Source of the DNA: Chiloscyllium plagiosum
Lineage: Eukaryota
Direction: 5' to 3'
Assembly (NCBI RefSeq): GCF_004010195.1
Contig: NC_057719.1
Span: forward strand, 14,658,416-14,722,415
Length of the DNA: 64,000 nucleotides
In this document: piece after piece, positions 63,845-64,000 of the stretch
How the letters are laid out: each line of letters begins with the position of its first letter
Position numbering within the stretch: the first letter of the stretch is position 1
Made by a program: the position numbers and the translations under genes
The notes under the pieces: model-generated
The model's input: the letters and a program-made list of their open reading frames with translations, nothing else
Told to the model about the DNA's origin: nothing
Database searches by the model: none

Positions 63845-64000
63845 TTTAGTTACAGATAGGATTAATGGTAGTTGTCTTTCCCCTAGGATGGGGAATTTCA
63901 AGACTAGGAGATACAATTTTAAGGTGAGAGGAGAGCGATTTAAAAAAGACCATGTGGGCAAATGTTTTACACAGAGGCTGGTTTGCATGTGGAATGAACT
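63845..64000 (+). mobile_element. CR1 3' fragment, cut by the window end
   Basis: Similar to 4250-4360. Confidence 0.7.

Overview
Repeat-dense vertebrate DNA, intergenic or intronic. It is most likely from an elasmobranch (shark); this is inferred from HE1-type tRNA-SINEs and HER1/CR1-type LINEs. I could not identify an intact host gene. Every ORF I could assign is a retroelement or transposon remnant or a tandem-repeat artefact. The window contains: many CR1 LINE fragments; several Penelope-like elements (PLEs; RT + GIY-YIG); Rex1/Babar LINE 3' ends; three SINE families; a decayed Tigger/pogo transposase; a solo LTR; a 3.2-kb 22-bp satellite; an interstitial telomere-like array; and two N gaps. 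The most notable signal is a dispersed set of minimal type-I hammerhead-ribozyme (HHR) motifs in at least four, probably five, unrelated PLE-terminus families. They share a CUGANGA core plus one extra nucleotide, a short stem II, GAAA, a loop-less palindromic stem III, and a stem I with compensatory changes. They occur at PLE 3' ends and in small fold-back insertions flanked by target-site duplications (TSDs). Repeat boundaries are approximate (tens of bp) and family names come from recognition by eye, not from a database search.
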